A DNA stretch of 64,000 nucleotides from Lama glama (Eukaryota), in assembly GCA_028534125.1 (NCBI GenBank), contig CM052816.1, positions 25,980,001 to 26,044,000 on the forward strand. Reading direction: 5' to 3'. Below are positions 1-13,519 of the stretch, piece after piece. The notes beneath the pieces are model-generated. The model was not told the origin of the DNA and searched no databases. It saw only the letters and a program-made list of their open reading frames with translations. A program made the translations under genes and the position numbers. Positions within the stretch are counted from its first letter, which is position 1. Every line of letters begins with the position of its first letter.

Positions 1-1114
1 CCTAGCTTTCAGGGCTGTGGTGTGAGGAAAGCCAACATTTTTTTCAGAGAAATGGAAGGTTGTCACAGAAGAAGCAAATAAATACTATATGGTTGTGTTC
101 CCCTCTGCGAAGTTTGGCAGTATTTCCCTTGACGGAAAGTTACAAAATGATTCTTCTCAAGGCTATGCTTACTAATTGGTCTGCCTGGGAAAAAAAGTGT
201 ATCCATCGTGTCTACAACTTCATTACTGTCAAGCTTTCCTTGTCTGTGGCAAAAACAGCCAGTTGGAAATGTGTGGCTGTACCTTTTAAGGTTATCACAA
301 AGTCTGATGTTTGTCTGCCTATTATTTCATTATGCTTCCACATATTTCCTCCAGACCTTGTTAATTACTGTTAATTTCCCCTCCATGACACTGCTGTACC
401 ATTATCCATTCGACTTTGAGAGTGGCTTCCATCTAGGATCTCTTTTAGCTTTACCATGTCGCCTACTGTGCAGGATGAAGCATTAAAAACATGATGCCAA
501 TGACATGTTTTTCTTATATCAGTAAAGTGGGAACTGTAAAATTAAGAAAGTGTCATTGACTTTGGAGTCTTTTGAAACAAATTCTCTCCTATTGTCAAAA
601 TAAGAATTCTCTGGACGAATTCCAATATTGCTCTGTTCCTGAGAATATGTATGAATGTGTGTAATTAACAATGACTTCTCCCCCATTAAATTAGTCTACT
701 TTGACAGAAGAAAAAAGCCTTTAGAAATAAGGGAGCAATGCCAAGATTTAAATTTGTTCACCAGAATGGAAGATATAAAACATATTCCATTCATTCATAC
801 ATTAATTATTTGGAGGGTTCCGTATTCATTAGCACAGAATGGCCCAGGTAACTTGACATTTAAGGAAAATAGAGGTCACAGGCGATACTAGACTGTTGTT
901 TACAACTTCAGGAGTCATTCTTGAAGAAACAAATGTTCAAAAATTCTACAATTTTCAAGCTAGAAAGAAACTCAGAACCTATCTAACCATATATTCCCAT
1001 AAACTTTTTAACTTAAAGATTCTGGGCCTCAATGAGGTTGTGTTGAATGTTACGACAGTGAGAATAGGAGCCTGGGTGCTTGGCTCCTAGTGGAGTGAAA
1101 ATTTCTGCACAGTG

Positions 1115-1901
1115 AAGCCATCAATACATCAACATTTTTTTGTTGGGGGTGGGCACTGTTTTATGCCAGATGCTATACTATGCAGGATGTATCGATGACA
1201 TCATAGTCCCTGTCCTGGAGGGGACCATGAGGTAGTGGGGAGACAGACACACCACTCAAGAATTCAAGTGTGTTGGGTGAAGTGTTCAAAAAAGGTACAT
1301 ACTAGAATGTGAAAGGATTTCTTAGAGGAGGTGACCTTTGGAGTGGATCTTGAAGAGTGCATAAAATTCTGCCAAGTGGACAAAGCAGAGAAAGTCTTTT
1401 CTCCTAAAAGGAAGAGTGAGCGTGCCCATGGGTGTGAGAGGTGAGGTGTAAGCTGAGAGGTGGGCTGGCCATAGGGAACGTACATGGGGCAGGTATGGGA
1501 CAGAAATTAGAAAGGTAGGTGAGGGTCAGACTACTTGGTATGTAGCATGAAGGACTTTGCACTTTATTCTAAAGGCAGTGGGCAGTCAGGTAAAGACAAT
1601 ACGCAGAGGTCTGATCGGAGTTGTGATGTAGAAAGATCATGGAGTGGTAAATGTGGACTGCGAGTTGAGAGGAATGGAGATGAGGACTAGGGAGACTCAC
1701 TAGGAGCTGTCCCAATGGCCTGTTTAATGCATGGCCAAAGCCTCCCTGAGCACAGTGGCTCTGGGGATGAGGCAGAGCAGGGTACAATACCTGGAGAGAC
1801 CCTTGGGCAGGAGACTGGAACAAGACATGGTGATGAACTGGATGGAGGTGGTGAGAGAGCACAGGAGTATAAGGCATGCTGATTTTTGTAGCTTGAGAAA
1901 T
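1115..1901 (-). mobile_element. Decayed LINE-2 (L2) 3' region, interrupted by the LTR at 1902 and resuming briefly after 2494
   Basis: Antisense L2-like text ('ggcactgttttatgccagatgct', 'gtccctgtcctggagggg...gtggggagacagac', 'gaaggatttcttagaggaggtgacc', 'aaggactttgcactttattctaa'); recalled consensus similarity. Confidence 0.7.
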
Positions 1902-2490
1902 TGTTACCTGAAAACTGGATTCACCTCTTGGTGGGTGTTGAGCCAAAAGACACAACTAAGCCAAAGATCAGGAGTAGGAAGGATTTATTATTACTTGCAG
2001 CAAGTAAGGAGAACACTGGCAATCTTTCTTAAAGCAGTGTCTCCCCAAAAAGCAAAATTGGGGAAGTTTTTAAGCTAAGAGTGCATGCATATTCATGAAG
2101 GGGCTTGATCAGAGGAGAATTCAGCAAAGAATTTGGGCAAAGTTCGACAAAGTTCAAGCCTTAGTTGATTGAACTTAGGGGGGCCAACATGATCGTTCCA
2201 TCTTCTACCTGGGTGGGAGGATCTTAGTCCCTGCAGAACCCAAAGGTTGTATCAGATAGTTGTGTATATTTCTTGAGGAGGACCTGGGACTGAACTCTTG
2301 TTTCTTGACTGCTTTTCCATTGTTCCTGCATTCCCTAACTTCCTTTAGGAGCATCAATTACTGAGACCTGTTTAAGGGCAAGTATTGTGGCCAGGCTTGG
2401 ATCACAAAATGGCAAAACTGGCATCTCTGATGTCAAGAAAGCCATGCCTGGTTCTCTTTCTTCTGGAACTTCCTGAACTATCTGCTTACA
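1902..2490 (-). mobile_element. Solo LTR, ERV1-type
   Basis: TG...CA termini (tgttacc...cttaca), perfect 4-bp TSD aaat (1898-1901 / 2491-2494), AATAAA on minus strand at 1984-1989. Confidence 0.88.
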
Positions 2491-3326
2491 AAATGAGGAG
2501 GTTGATGTAGCCATCTCTCAGTTCTGAGGATAGATGAGGAAGGAGCCATGTAACCTCAAGAGGGTTCTGAGAAATTTTACAGACTGGGAGTGATGACTTC
2601 CCATGGTACCCGAACTGATGTGTTCAGGAAAGGGTTGCCTTCCAGCACACCTTTCAGGCTTGGCTGGTGCTAGAGTCTAAACACCTTACTTTCCTTTCAT
2701 TTTGTACTTTCTTATTTTGAGATCATCAGAAAGCTCAGGCTTCTGTAAGCTGAACTTGCACAATCTCTTTTCTCCTCTTGTGGTTGATTTATACTTTGCA
2801 ACAGAGCCTGATATTATTGGCACAAATGAACAAGTACTAGACTTCACAAAGGTGACTGTATTTTATTCGCAAATTTGTTTTGTGACACATTGAAAGCAGA
2901 GTGCGGTGTGGCTGAAACAGAGCATTTAACCTCTGTGTATTACAGAAAATACCTTAGAAGTTTCCAGTGGCTTGTTGGCTTGTTCTTGCTGATTAAAAAA
3001 GAATGATGAACACCAACATTTAAATCTATTGCCTTTAATCTCTGTTTGACAGGGAGATGGGATTCTCCTCTTTTCCAAGCTTACGTACACGTGAGAGATA
3101 AATGTATATAACACATTCAAGTCTCACTAAATTGGTATATGCACCACTCTCCTGCTGTCAAAGCATCTTGTGGATTTTCAAACAAATAATATTTCACTTT
3201 AGATGAAATCCTTATTACTGCTTGACATTTGGGTATGAAACTAGATTGAAAATCTGAATATAAAGGCAAGTAAAAAAGGAACTGAATTTAGCTGAAAGTG
3301 TTCATGCCTTTTAGTATGAACACACC

Positions 3327-3879
3327 TGTTGCAGGAAAATGGAGCGCAAGAGGATGGTCGTGTCCCAGGTCTTGGGCAGATTCCTGGGATGGGCTGCCAA
3401 ATGAGGGTCCTTGACTTTGTGCAGGAAAGAATTCAAGAGTGAGCCATAGTAAAGTAAAAGCAGATTTGTTTAGAGAGACACCCACTCTATAGACAGGATG
3501 CAGTCCGTCTCAGAAGGAAGAGCAGCCGTGGGGTGTGGGGGTGTTCAGTTTTTATGGATTGGATAATTTCATATACTAGTAAGTGGGATGATTATTCCAA
3601 CTATTTGAGGAAAGGGGCAGGGATTTCCAAGAATTGGGCCACCACCCATATTTTGTCCTTCTGTGGTCAGCCTCCAAACTGTGATGGTGCCTGTGGGAGT
3701 GCCATTTAGCACGCTAATGTATCACAGTGAGCGTATGAGGCCCAAAGTCTACTGAAAGTTGAATCTTCTTTTCTCTCGTGTCTGTTTGGTTCTAACCAGT
3801 TTATACCCTATCCTGTTTTTCCTCAGTGGCTGTGTCATTCTTGTAATGACTGTGTCCTGTCCCCTTTCCTCCTGTTTCA
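3327..3879 (-). mobile_element. Solo LTR, ERV1-type; same family as 59759-60347
   Basis: TG...CA termini, flanks cacc/aacc (1 mismatch); reverse complement aligns by eye with 59759-60347; poly(A) signal position reads AACAAA (3465-3470). Confidence 0.85.
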
Positions 3880-4315
3880 AACCTACTTGGTAGAATCAGA
3901 GGTGCTTGTCTAGTGACTTGGTTTCTTATTCTTTGGGCCCTCAGAGATGAGTACATTAGGAAGAAACATCTTTTTTATAATAACAGTCTCCAGAAGTGGT
4001 TTATAATATTGTGTGAGCAGCAGAACTTTTCTTCAAATGAAACCACATGAACCACATGCTCTAGTCAGAAGTCAGCTGAGAAGAGCCAGGCTGTTACACT
4101 CACAGCCTGGATGGAAAGCAGGAGTGAAGCTTTGGGTCCCCATCCAAGCCCTCAGCACCTTCTCCAAGGCAGCCAGTGGAATGTGTAGCACCCCTCAAGG
4201 AACAATTTGAAAACCATTAATAAAGAAGAGTTAAGATGGCCATGACTTCCCACATCTTAGAAGATACACATTTTAATCTGGAATTGGCAGTTCTTTTTGT
4301 ACTACTTGTTTGAGT

Positions 4316-4794
4316 TGTTGACTGAAACAAAAAATGCACAATGTGAGAGTTGTGAGTTAAGTTTTATTTGGGGCGAAGTGAGGACTATAGCCTGGGAGAC
4401 AGCACCTCAGACAGCTCTGAGGATCTGCTCCAAAGAGGTAGGGTGTGAGGTCAGTATTTTGTGTGATTTTAGTGAAGTGGGGCACGTACGGTCAAGTGCA
4501 CATTCTGGCAGAGGGTTGCTGCTAGTCACAAGGAGCAGATGTCACCATTAATGGCTTTAGTGCTTTTCTAGATACGAGGAGATGCAAGAATTGGGGCTCA
4601 TAAATCTTCTCCTGAAAATATCTCACTACCTGAAGGCCTGTTCTGCCAGTTTTTTCCAGAGCACAGAGTGCCTCGTTCCTGACCTCCACCCACACCCTGA
4701 ACTCCTTTCAGAGAGGGTTGAAGGTCAGTGACTGCAGTGACTTGTGACTTGAACATTGTAAAGACAGGTGGCAAATGCCAATTTTTAGTTGGCA
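4316..4794 (-). mobile_element. Solo LTR, ERV1-type
   Basis: tgttgac...ttggca termini, AATAAA on minus at 4363-4368; left flank gagt, right flank gggagt (imperfect TSD). Confidence 0.75.
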
Positions 4795-4982
4795 GGGAGT
4801 AAGTTTTAAAAATTGCCTTTGTTCACCTCAGAAGGTAGTGTGCTTGTTCAGGCCAGCCACGGTTCTTTCCCTGTCCAGCTTGGTGAGTTCAGGCAAATTC
4901 TTTCGCCTGTAGCCACATGGATAAGTTGCTTTGATTATACTGAAAAAGTCAAAGTGTTAGATGAATGCAAGCCAAAGGGAGC

Positions 4983-5494
4983 TGTTAGGGAGAAAGAAAT
5001 TTTCCGCTACCCTTCTAGTTTCTTCTGGCTTGCCTATGAATTACCTTGACGTGAGACAGATTAACAGGAGAAAAAAGTTTAATTACATATATACATGAGA
5101 GACTCAGGAAACTTGAGGGGCTCACCAAAATAGCAGAAGCCCGTGCCATAAATACTGTATCCTCAGCTAAAAACAAAAGTGGATGTTGAGAGTGGAGAGA
5201 GTTGATTACGGGAGGTTACCGGGAAAAGCACCGTAAACAAGGGTGATTGTGATGCAGGTTTATCTTCACCTTCTCCATCCATGAGAGTTTCTAGAGATTT
5301 GGTCCTCTTCTTCCTCCAGGTACAGAGAGGGAGATGCCCTTATTAATGTAAATATTTCTTACAAAAGGCAACTCCTACTTGGTTTCCAGAGCCCTTCCCA
5401 CTGCTTTTTCTCAGAAAAGAAAAACAAAAACAGCTTAAAACAATTAATATGCTGAAGAGACATGCTTTAGAGTGGCAAATTCTGCTCCCCTACA
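4983..5494 (-). mobile_element. Solo LTR, ERV1 (MER41/MER4-group-like)
   Basis: tgttaggg...ccctaca termini, perfect TSD gagc (4979-4982 / 5495-5498), 'gacagattaacaggagaaaa' motif, ATTAAA on minus at 5078-5083. Confidence 0.85.
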
Positions 5495-5901
5495 GAGCTC
5501 ATAAAGAGACCGGTGGTGTTCCACTGGCATCTATATTAGTGGTTATGAATCTTATTTCTAACCATGGATGTTTAAGAGATGTCATGCTAATTTGCTTTCC
5601 TAAATTAAATGGAATTTGTCTCTGGGCTCTTATCCGACTGGGCCAGCAGAAAATTCAGTACCAATCATTGCTTGGGCTCTAATCCAACACTGTCCTAGGG
5701 TCACGGAAGCTTCTGGGAGTTCTGAGGTGAGCAGATCACGTGGTATAGTTGTCTTGGTCACAGGTGAACTGCTAATATTCTAGGAACTGCATTTTAAAGT
5801 AAAATATTCTTGAATTTATAATGTTGTTTCTCCAACTTTCTGGGGGATAGAATGCTGCATATTCCCGAAGTTGAGTCATCTCAGGATGGTTTTTCAGGGC
5901 A

Positions 5902-6502
5902 TTTATGAACTCATCACATTAACAACATTTTGCTGGCCTGCCATGCAACAAAGTCAATTTACTGACACCAGGTTGTGACAAAGCAAAGTATGGTGTTTAT
6001 TGTAGGTGTGAAGCAAGGAGAATGGGTGGCTCATTCTCAAAAGACCCAAACTCCCTGATGGTGTTCAAGGAAGCTTTTTTAAAGGCAACATTTGGAAGTG
6101 AGGGCTACAGGGTGCATGACTTTCTTCTGATTGGTTGGTGGTGAGGTAACGGGGTAGAGTTTCAGGAATCTCTGTCATTAGCTTTCTGGTCCCAACAAGT
6201 CTGGGGTCTCAGCATGTAGTCACCATCCTCCATTGGGTGGGAGCCTTAGTTCCTGTAGAAGAACTCAGAGATATGTGTCAGATTGTTGAGTACATCCCTT
6301 AAGGAGAAACTAAAGCTCTGTTTTTTCACTGCACTACTGTTTCTTGACTGCTTTTCCTTTGTTTCTGCATTTCCTCATATCCCTAATTAGTAACTGTTTG
6401 AATCTGTCTTTTGGAATTCAGGGAAAGCCTACAAACGAGAAATGGGGGACAAGCAAAGGCTTTTATACCCGAGAGGGCCCTGTAGGCTCCTGCTTGGTTG
6501 CA
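5902..6502 (-). mobile_element. Solo LTR, ERV1-type, sharing a core with the 1902-2490 LTR
   Basis: Right end ...ggttgca followed by ggca; ggca also at 5898-5901 (left TG degenerate, boundary uncertain); AATAAA on minus at 5996-6001; 6223-6405 homologous to 2200-2370. Confidence 0.75.
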
Positions 6503-9500
6503 GGCATTTCCCACTGAGTTATGAGAACTTCTGTAACAGGTGCTCTGGGTCTTTGCAAAAGGATCTTCAGGCCATTTTTTGCCCCAGCAGTTCCTCTATT
6601 TCTGACTTATTTGTAAATACTGCTGCTTTTACCTAAGCATCCATTTTACTCTTTTTCTCTTGGTATGAGAACGCTGTGGATCATGTGGAGCTATTTAAAA
6701 TATTGGCAATATCTTAGTTCCTCTCTGCCCCACTCATCTCTCTTCCAGGATTTGTTTTCTGTAATAGATATGCTGGCTGTATTTTTTTTTTTTTTTTTAC
6801 TGGCACATTTGATATGAGCTGCCTGGCAGTAAATACTGCATGGTGCTACAGATTGCCTCCAACCTGATTTCTTAATCCTTAGCTTGTTCCAATACTTGAA
6901 GGCTGAGTTAGCACATGGGATGCCATAAAACACTGGGGCTGGTCTGGGATAGAAAGACAAAAAAGCCTTCCTGATTCTCCAGATTTCCTTTCAGAGGTCT
7001 TTATTTTTAGAGTTAGAGATACCAAAGTCCATCTGCAGAAGATGAACTTGGAGATCTAGCATGCTGAGACTCAGTAGAGCTTTAGATGTTGAATGTAATC
7101 ATCACTGTTTGCACTAAGTTTGGGTTGCTGTTTTGTAAGTTGCCTTCTTATGTGTAAAATGAGATGGAACACTTTAAAAAATCTTACTGCCTGTGGGCCA
7201 CCCTGAATTACACTGGTTTCAAAAGTCATTTTTCAATGGAAACTGTGAAGCATCTCTAAATTCCATTAGTATATGTAGTGAGAGAAAACAATGGACCAGT
7301 ATAAAAAAAATTTTTAAATGTCATGAATTGCACAAAAAACAGAGTGATTTCATTCAAGATTTATAGTTTGTAACCCTGTGAAAAAATTCATGAAAATCAG
7401 AATTACTGATACACTGGGTACCAAACAGTTAACAAATTGTGGAGGAGACCGCTGACCATGCACTAAGATGACTTCTGTATTCTCTCACAGTCCTGGGAAG
7501 CAGCACAGTGGCTGCCCAGGTACGTTACACTTCCCAGTTCTCCTTGCACCAAGATGAGGGCAGGTAAGAGAAAAGGAGGATGCAGCGGTCTCATGCCTGG
7601 ACCTCAGAATGGATTTTCTATTTTGGTACTAGTATAAACAAGGAAAGGTAATTTGAAGTCATATCATTTCCTTGAATCACTAAATCTTTAAAGTACAAGT
7701 GTTCTTAGAGATGCATCTTATCTGTCAAAAAATTACAGCATGTGTATGGATGAGGTGAGCATTGAGCTTATGTTTCATTTTACTTACGTTCATCACCAGA
7801 TGCTCAGTGCAGAACAGTATAAACTTTTTTAAAGGTATGATCTTATTCTGAAGTCAGTGAAAAATGTGTGGGTTAAGCTAGATGAAGAGCCACTTAGAGA
7901 AATAATTAACATAGCTGGGGATTTTAGTTCACACTGAGAAACCAAGACCAGGACATGTTGGCCTAGCAAGGCGGGGGGTGGGGGGGTTGGCATGGAGATA
8001 GAATACTTAGAGTTGAACTGGAAATGGAGGAGAAGGCTCTTAGTCCAAACAGAACGGGAGGGTCAGGGGCCAGGTGAGAAGGTAAGAGTATACATTGATG
8101 GCAAAGCTTAGAACAAAGGTCTCTGTAAAGAGTTGAGCAGGTTGGCCTTGGGAGGAAGTAGGTATCAAAGGGAAAGCAATGCAGGGGGTTGCAAAATCTG
8201 AACTGGTGGTCTGCAACACAGAAAGCCACAGAAACTGAAGAGGTAAGACAAGGACGGCAAAACTGATGCACAGTCAAAATGCTGGGGCAGGTTCTGAGAG
8301 GGCAGCCATGCTGGCCCCAACCAGAGCATTGTCAGTTCCAGCGAGGGCAGTGCCAGCCCTGAAAGGGACCAGCTGCTGTTTCATCTTGGTGGAAGGGGTC
8401 CTGGCGGGAGTGAAACCCAAAGAGTTCTGGTGGTTTGAAGTGGGGATCATCCTAGCATTCCTGTAATGCAGAAGGGGAGTGCCCTGCCTCGGGAGGTACC
8501 GTAGTGATAACATACAGCTTTTAGGACCTGATTGCTTCAGTATCAGCCCATGTCAAAGTCCTGTGCTCTTTCTAAATAGAGCAGTCACACTGAGGTTAAC
8601 TGAGGAGAAACAACACAAGTGGACCTTGACAGCTCTTGAGTGACCCATCTACACCAACTCTTTTGCTCAAGTTCCTTGAATTTTTAGATGAATCGGACTC
8701 TAGGAAGAGATGATTGCCGTGTGCAATAGATTACTCTCATTTCCAAATTGCAGTTGTATTCAGGGACTCTTCCTGTGAACAGGAGAACTCACTCTTTCAA
8801 ATAGGAAATAAGCGTTCTTCTGATCATTCTGAACAAAAAGTAGGCTGAAGATTTTCCTAGGATGGCAATGTCATTTCGAATTTCATGGTGCCCCAGAGCA
8901 GCTTCTAGTGGAGGCTTGATTTATATCCGGATTCTCATGATTTTCAAGAGGAAGGCAGCTTTAGTTTAGGATTCTAATTTCCAATTAACAAGCATATTAC
9001 TCTGTGATAACTCTGGTTTAATGACTAACAACCATGATTAGCAGAGGGTCAACTATATTTGAAAGGGTAGGGCAGTGCTCAGTCATGTGTCCCACTTTCC
9101 TTAGAGGTAACAATATCCAGTGTTGTTATGAATTTTCATGAGAATTAATACTGGGATTTGTGTCTTTGCTGAAGGTCTTTGATGATGGAATTAAAATAAG
9201 CAAGCAAACAAATAGCTCTTCAAGCTTTGTGTAAGAAAGCCCTTAATTTATTACTGATGTCTTGTTAATCACAGGAGAACTGGAGCAAGCGAGATGGGGG
9301 AACAAAAATAAAATAACCAGCTGGCAGTGTGTGTATACTGTGGTGTGATGGTTTTGTATCTTGAAAACTACCTCAGAGACAGTAGAAGCCAAACATCTGG
9401 GTGTAGATGAGGAACAAAACACACAACCTCAGCTTCTTGTCTTCCTTGTCCTATTGCTCCCCTGACACCAAGCTTTTCTCCCACTGGCAATCTTGAATAT

Positions 9501-11744
9501 TGCACATACATTTTAAGGGACTTGGAAGGAATTTTGCCAATCAGGTTGTTTTCTTACTGAACTCTCAGAACACCTAGTTAAAAGTCTTGCCTCTGGGATC
9601 AAGGCTTTGACTGTGCCTTGACAATTTAACAGAACTTCTGTTTTATGATCTTGAGAGATTTTTTCTTTTTTTCCTCTTTGTGCCAATCCACATCTCCAGA
9701 AAATTCAGAAGGGCAGTTCCTGGGCAAGACTTCCTGTTTTCTTCCAGAGACATGTTTTCTTGCCAGTTTTCCTGATGATCTTTGCCTAAAGAGGAAAGAA
9801 GTTCCAATGGGAGCTTGATTTATGTGTTTAAGATGAAATCTGTATTGTAATTTCCTAAGAACAGGCACATTACTTTATGACAAGCAAATACTCATGTCAC
9901 CTTGCCTTTGGTTTAGAGACCAATGAGAATGAATAACAGAGGTTACTATGGCAGGTCTTGCTCATTGTCTTACTTGAGACCTATTCGTTCCAGCATGTCC
10001 TCCCAGATATGCTAGCCTGGAAAGCTGGAAACTGCATCTGACAGATTCCTTTTCAGTTAGGTGTGCCTCTGACCTCCCTTCTCCAAATGGACACACAGGA
10101 AATTGGGAAGGAGGAAAAGAGCCAGAGATGGGGGCTGTGTGCATGAGATCTAACCAAGTAGGACAGAGGCAGTGTGATTCTGGGGCTGGTGGATGCAGAG
10201 GCAACCTGTCAGTTCAGCATTTCCTAATTGCCGCAGAGGCTCACACTACAACTAGATCCTTTAACATATCCCTTCTCAAGAGTAGTTCTAGAAGCTGTTC
10301 CTTAATACTTTAGAACCTGTTCTTACAAATCATGCAATGATTTTGTGAGCTCTCATATACTATAATAATTCACTTATTAGCTGTAGTGGATTCTGTTGTC
10401 TGCAACAAAAACATTGATGAATAGAGTAAATCTTGGAAAATCTTGACAGCAGAATGCCTGCAGGCTTCTTACCAGGTCACCCTTAGGCTTCCTCCCTCTG
10501 TCTGTCTTCCATTCTTACTACTGGCCACAGGGATGTGGCCTGCACACTCTTCTTTCTGGCTGTCATTATCTTCATCTTTTTTTTGTTGTTGTTATCTAAT
10601 TCTTATAACATTATCTGTAAGAAAAAGAATGTGACTGTTTACACCTCCTTGACCCACTCAACCCATACCTATTTTAAGTTCCATGTCACTAGCTCTGATA
10701 GAAACCAAAATGAGGCTGCTTGCAAAACCCAGTGAATGGCAGACATTTGGATTTCCTTCATGAAGTTTCACAGGCACTGTTCCCTGCCCAAGGGGACTGT
10801 AACAAGGGCTAGAGTTGCACACTTGTAATCCCTTCTTGTGCATACTTCTTAGTTAAGCCTCATGTTGTCATGCCCTCTTGAATCCCCAGGGATGGTCTTC
10901 CTTAAGATTAGTCCTTCTAATGAAGTACCCTAGTAACTGTGTCTTTGCAATTCTAGTGGCTTAATTATATATCAAGAGAAACAGAAATATACCTTAATCC
11001 TGGTGTCATGTGGCCACTCCTACCCTCTTCATCTCACCTTATATCCACAGTCTTCTGAAGCCATCCTGATATTTACTACTAGCTCAGTCAACCCTCTTAG
11101 TCACTCAGAAGTTGGGGCCCTGACTTTTAAACTGGTTCTTCAGCGTTGCATAGTTCATGTAACTGTTTTTCTCTGCCTTCTCTTTGCCAAGACATCAGCA
11201 CTTTCAGGTCTGCTCATTCTTTTAAGAAGCAGGATTCCCAAACAGGTGTTTAAACTAGAAGAGCAGGTTCAGACAGATGGGAATTTAGAGAAAAAATTAA
11301 GGCTCTTTGATTGCATTCTTAAGAATTAATACTCCTAAAATTCATACTCCATACAGAGCTAACAGAAGTCAAAACAGTGGAAAAAGAAGGAGACACAATG
11401 TCAAAGAAACTATGAGCTGAAATACAAAAGAGGAAATTTTACATCTCTTTAAGCAGACAAAATCAGTATATCCATTTGGTTTCTGTGGTTATACCACACA
11501 GACTCTGTTATTTATCATGAACTTATGTTTCGTCTGAGGGTCTGTTTACACCTTCCCAGAGAGCCGCTGACACTGGGTCATGGCAATGTGACAACTGGAA
11601 TTGAATAAACCCATGGTTACTTACGTCCACGCAAGCAAGAGACTGTCCTGTGGAAGAGATTTCAGGAGCATTCCCTTCCACCTCCTGCTAAGAAACTCTT
11701 CTATGTTGAGCCATTGCAATTAATGCAACTTTTTGAAGGAGGGC

Positions 11745-11985
11745 AGAGTGGAACGGTTAAAAAATGGCTTGGATTTGGAATGATTAGTTCTGGTTGTGAA
11801 TCCTGATCTATTACTTAATTTTGTGCTGACCTTGGTCAAATCACTTACTTTCTTAGAACCTTAATTCGATACCCTTCAGTTAGAAATAGTTACATTTTTA
11901 CATGTTGTGCCCTTCTAAGGTTAATTGAAGGATCAAATAAGATAACAGATTTGTTGACACTATGTAAACAACAAATTGCTCTATC
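11745..11985 (+). mobile_element. MIR SINE
   Basis: 'gtgaatcctgatcta...tgaccttggtcaaatcacttact...gaaggatcaaataagataa' resembles the MIR core. Confidence 0.7.
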
Positions 11986-12084
11986 ATATTAGTGGTCAAA
12001 TCAGGTAATATATGTTAAAAAGCAGTATTTGTGGTTAGAGAAGCAAACTTAACTCTATCAACTGTAAATTCTGAATCAATTAGC

Positions 12085-12778
12085 CTTATAAGTAAGTCTT
12101 GATGTTGGGTGATATTAGCCCTCCAAATCTGTTATCCTTCAATATTGTGTTGGCTGTTCTGGGTCTTTTGCCTCTCCATATAAATCTTAGAATCAGATTG
12201 TTGATATTCACAAAATAACTTGCTGGGGTTTTAATGAGGATTGCATTGAATCTACAGATCAAGTTGGGAAGAACTGACATCCTGACAATATTGATTCTTC
12301 CTATTTATGAACATGGAATATCTCTCCATTTATTTAGTTATTTGACTTTGTTCATCAGAGTTTCATGGTTTTCCTCATATTGATCTTGTAGATACTTGTC
12401 AGACTTATATGTAAGTATTTAATTTGCGGGGATGCTAATGTAAATGGTATTGTGTTTTCTATTTTGAATTTTACTTTGTTCATTGCTGGTATAAAGGAAA
12501 GCAGTCAACTTTTGTAGATTAACCTTATATCCTGCAACCTTGCTCTAATACTACAATTGCTTATTAATTCCAGAAGATTTGTTGTTGTTGTTGTTGTTGT
12601 TGTTAAGTCTTTTAGATTTTCTACACAGACATGTCATCTGTGAACAAAGACGGTTTTATTTCTTCCTTTCTGATCTGTCAGTATTTTAGCTTCTTTTCTT
12701 GTTTAATTGCATTAGCAAGAACTTCTAGAATGATGTTGGAAAGCAATAGGGGGAGGAAACATCTTTACCTTGTTCTTT
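12085..12778 (-). mobile_element. LINE-1 ORF2 fragment (old L1M), frame-disrupted, with a (TTG)n tract at ~12578-12603
   Basis: Minus ORF 12086-12280 MSVLPNLICRFNAILIKTPASYF...LILRFIWRGKRPRTANTILK...GGL resembles L1 ORF2p 'ILPK.IYRFNAIPIK.P..FF..L.K..LKFIW..KR.RIAK.IL'. Confidence 0.92.
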
Positions 12779-12784
12779 ATCACT

Positions 12785-13135
12785 CTGAGTTAGTTAAGAA
12801 TCTTTTAGTTGTGAGAAACAAAAATGGTCTTCAGTGGTCTTATGCAAACAGAAGAATTTCTTGCAAAGCTCCTGGAGGGTTTTGAAGGACCGGGCTTGAG
12901 AAAATGGACAAAAGCCAAGAGGGTCATGAATCAGGGAGCACTAAAATCATGTTTTAGCAGAAGCAGCCTGACCAGAATTTTGCTACCACAAGTACTGTAG
13001 GACAGGACAAGTGTCTCCCCCTATTCCCAATTAATGAGGATGCTCCTATCATTTCTGTTTGTGCTTTGGTGCTACAGGGCCAAGACTCAAAGCCCTGGAC
13101 AGGAGCATCTCATTGGCTGACTCTGGCCACGTATT
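12785..13135 (-). mobile_element. Degenerate MaLR (MLT1-like) LTR
   Basis: 'gttaagaatcttttagttgtgagaaacaaaaa' start and 'ggagcatctcattggctga' are MLT1-like. Confidence 0.4.
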
Positions 13136-13519
13136 CAATAGGCTTGCTACCACTATTTAGTTGGAGGGGAGATCTGGCACCTTTACCACAGCAGGATGCA
13201 ATGAATTGCTATCATTAAGGCTCTATATACTAAGGGATCATAAGTTTTTAGTCAGATTTATTTATTTAGAACTTAGCTAATTCCTGCATCAAAAGAAAAT
13301 AGGAACAATTATGTGTTTGAGTGAATTCAGACTAATGGGAAATGACTAATGGGAAAGGAAGGGATGCTGAGTAACCAAGGGTCACAATGGACAGTGTGCT
13401 AAAATGAAAAAAGGGACTTAGGAAGGAGAGGTAAGAGGATACTAAAAATTTCACAAACATTGTCTAGAAAATTTCTGAAACAGTTATCTAAAAATTCCTT
13501 TAAGTTGCACATTTCTTAA

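Noticed and set aside
12086..12280. L1 ORF2-like ORF as a functional CDS
   Set aside because: Small isolated fragment of an old L1 with stops and frameshifts around it
13330..13356. Tandem duplication gactaatgggaaa x2 (similarly ttcaaactcttgt x2 near 38901-38938)
   Set aside because: Ordinary microduplications with no further structure
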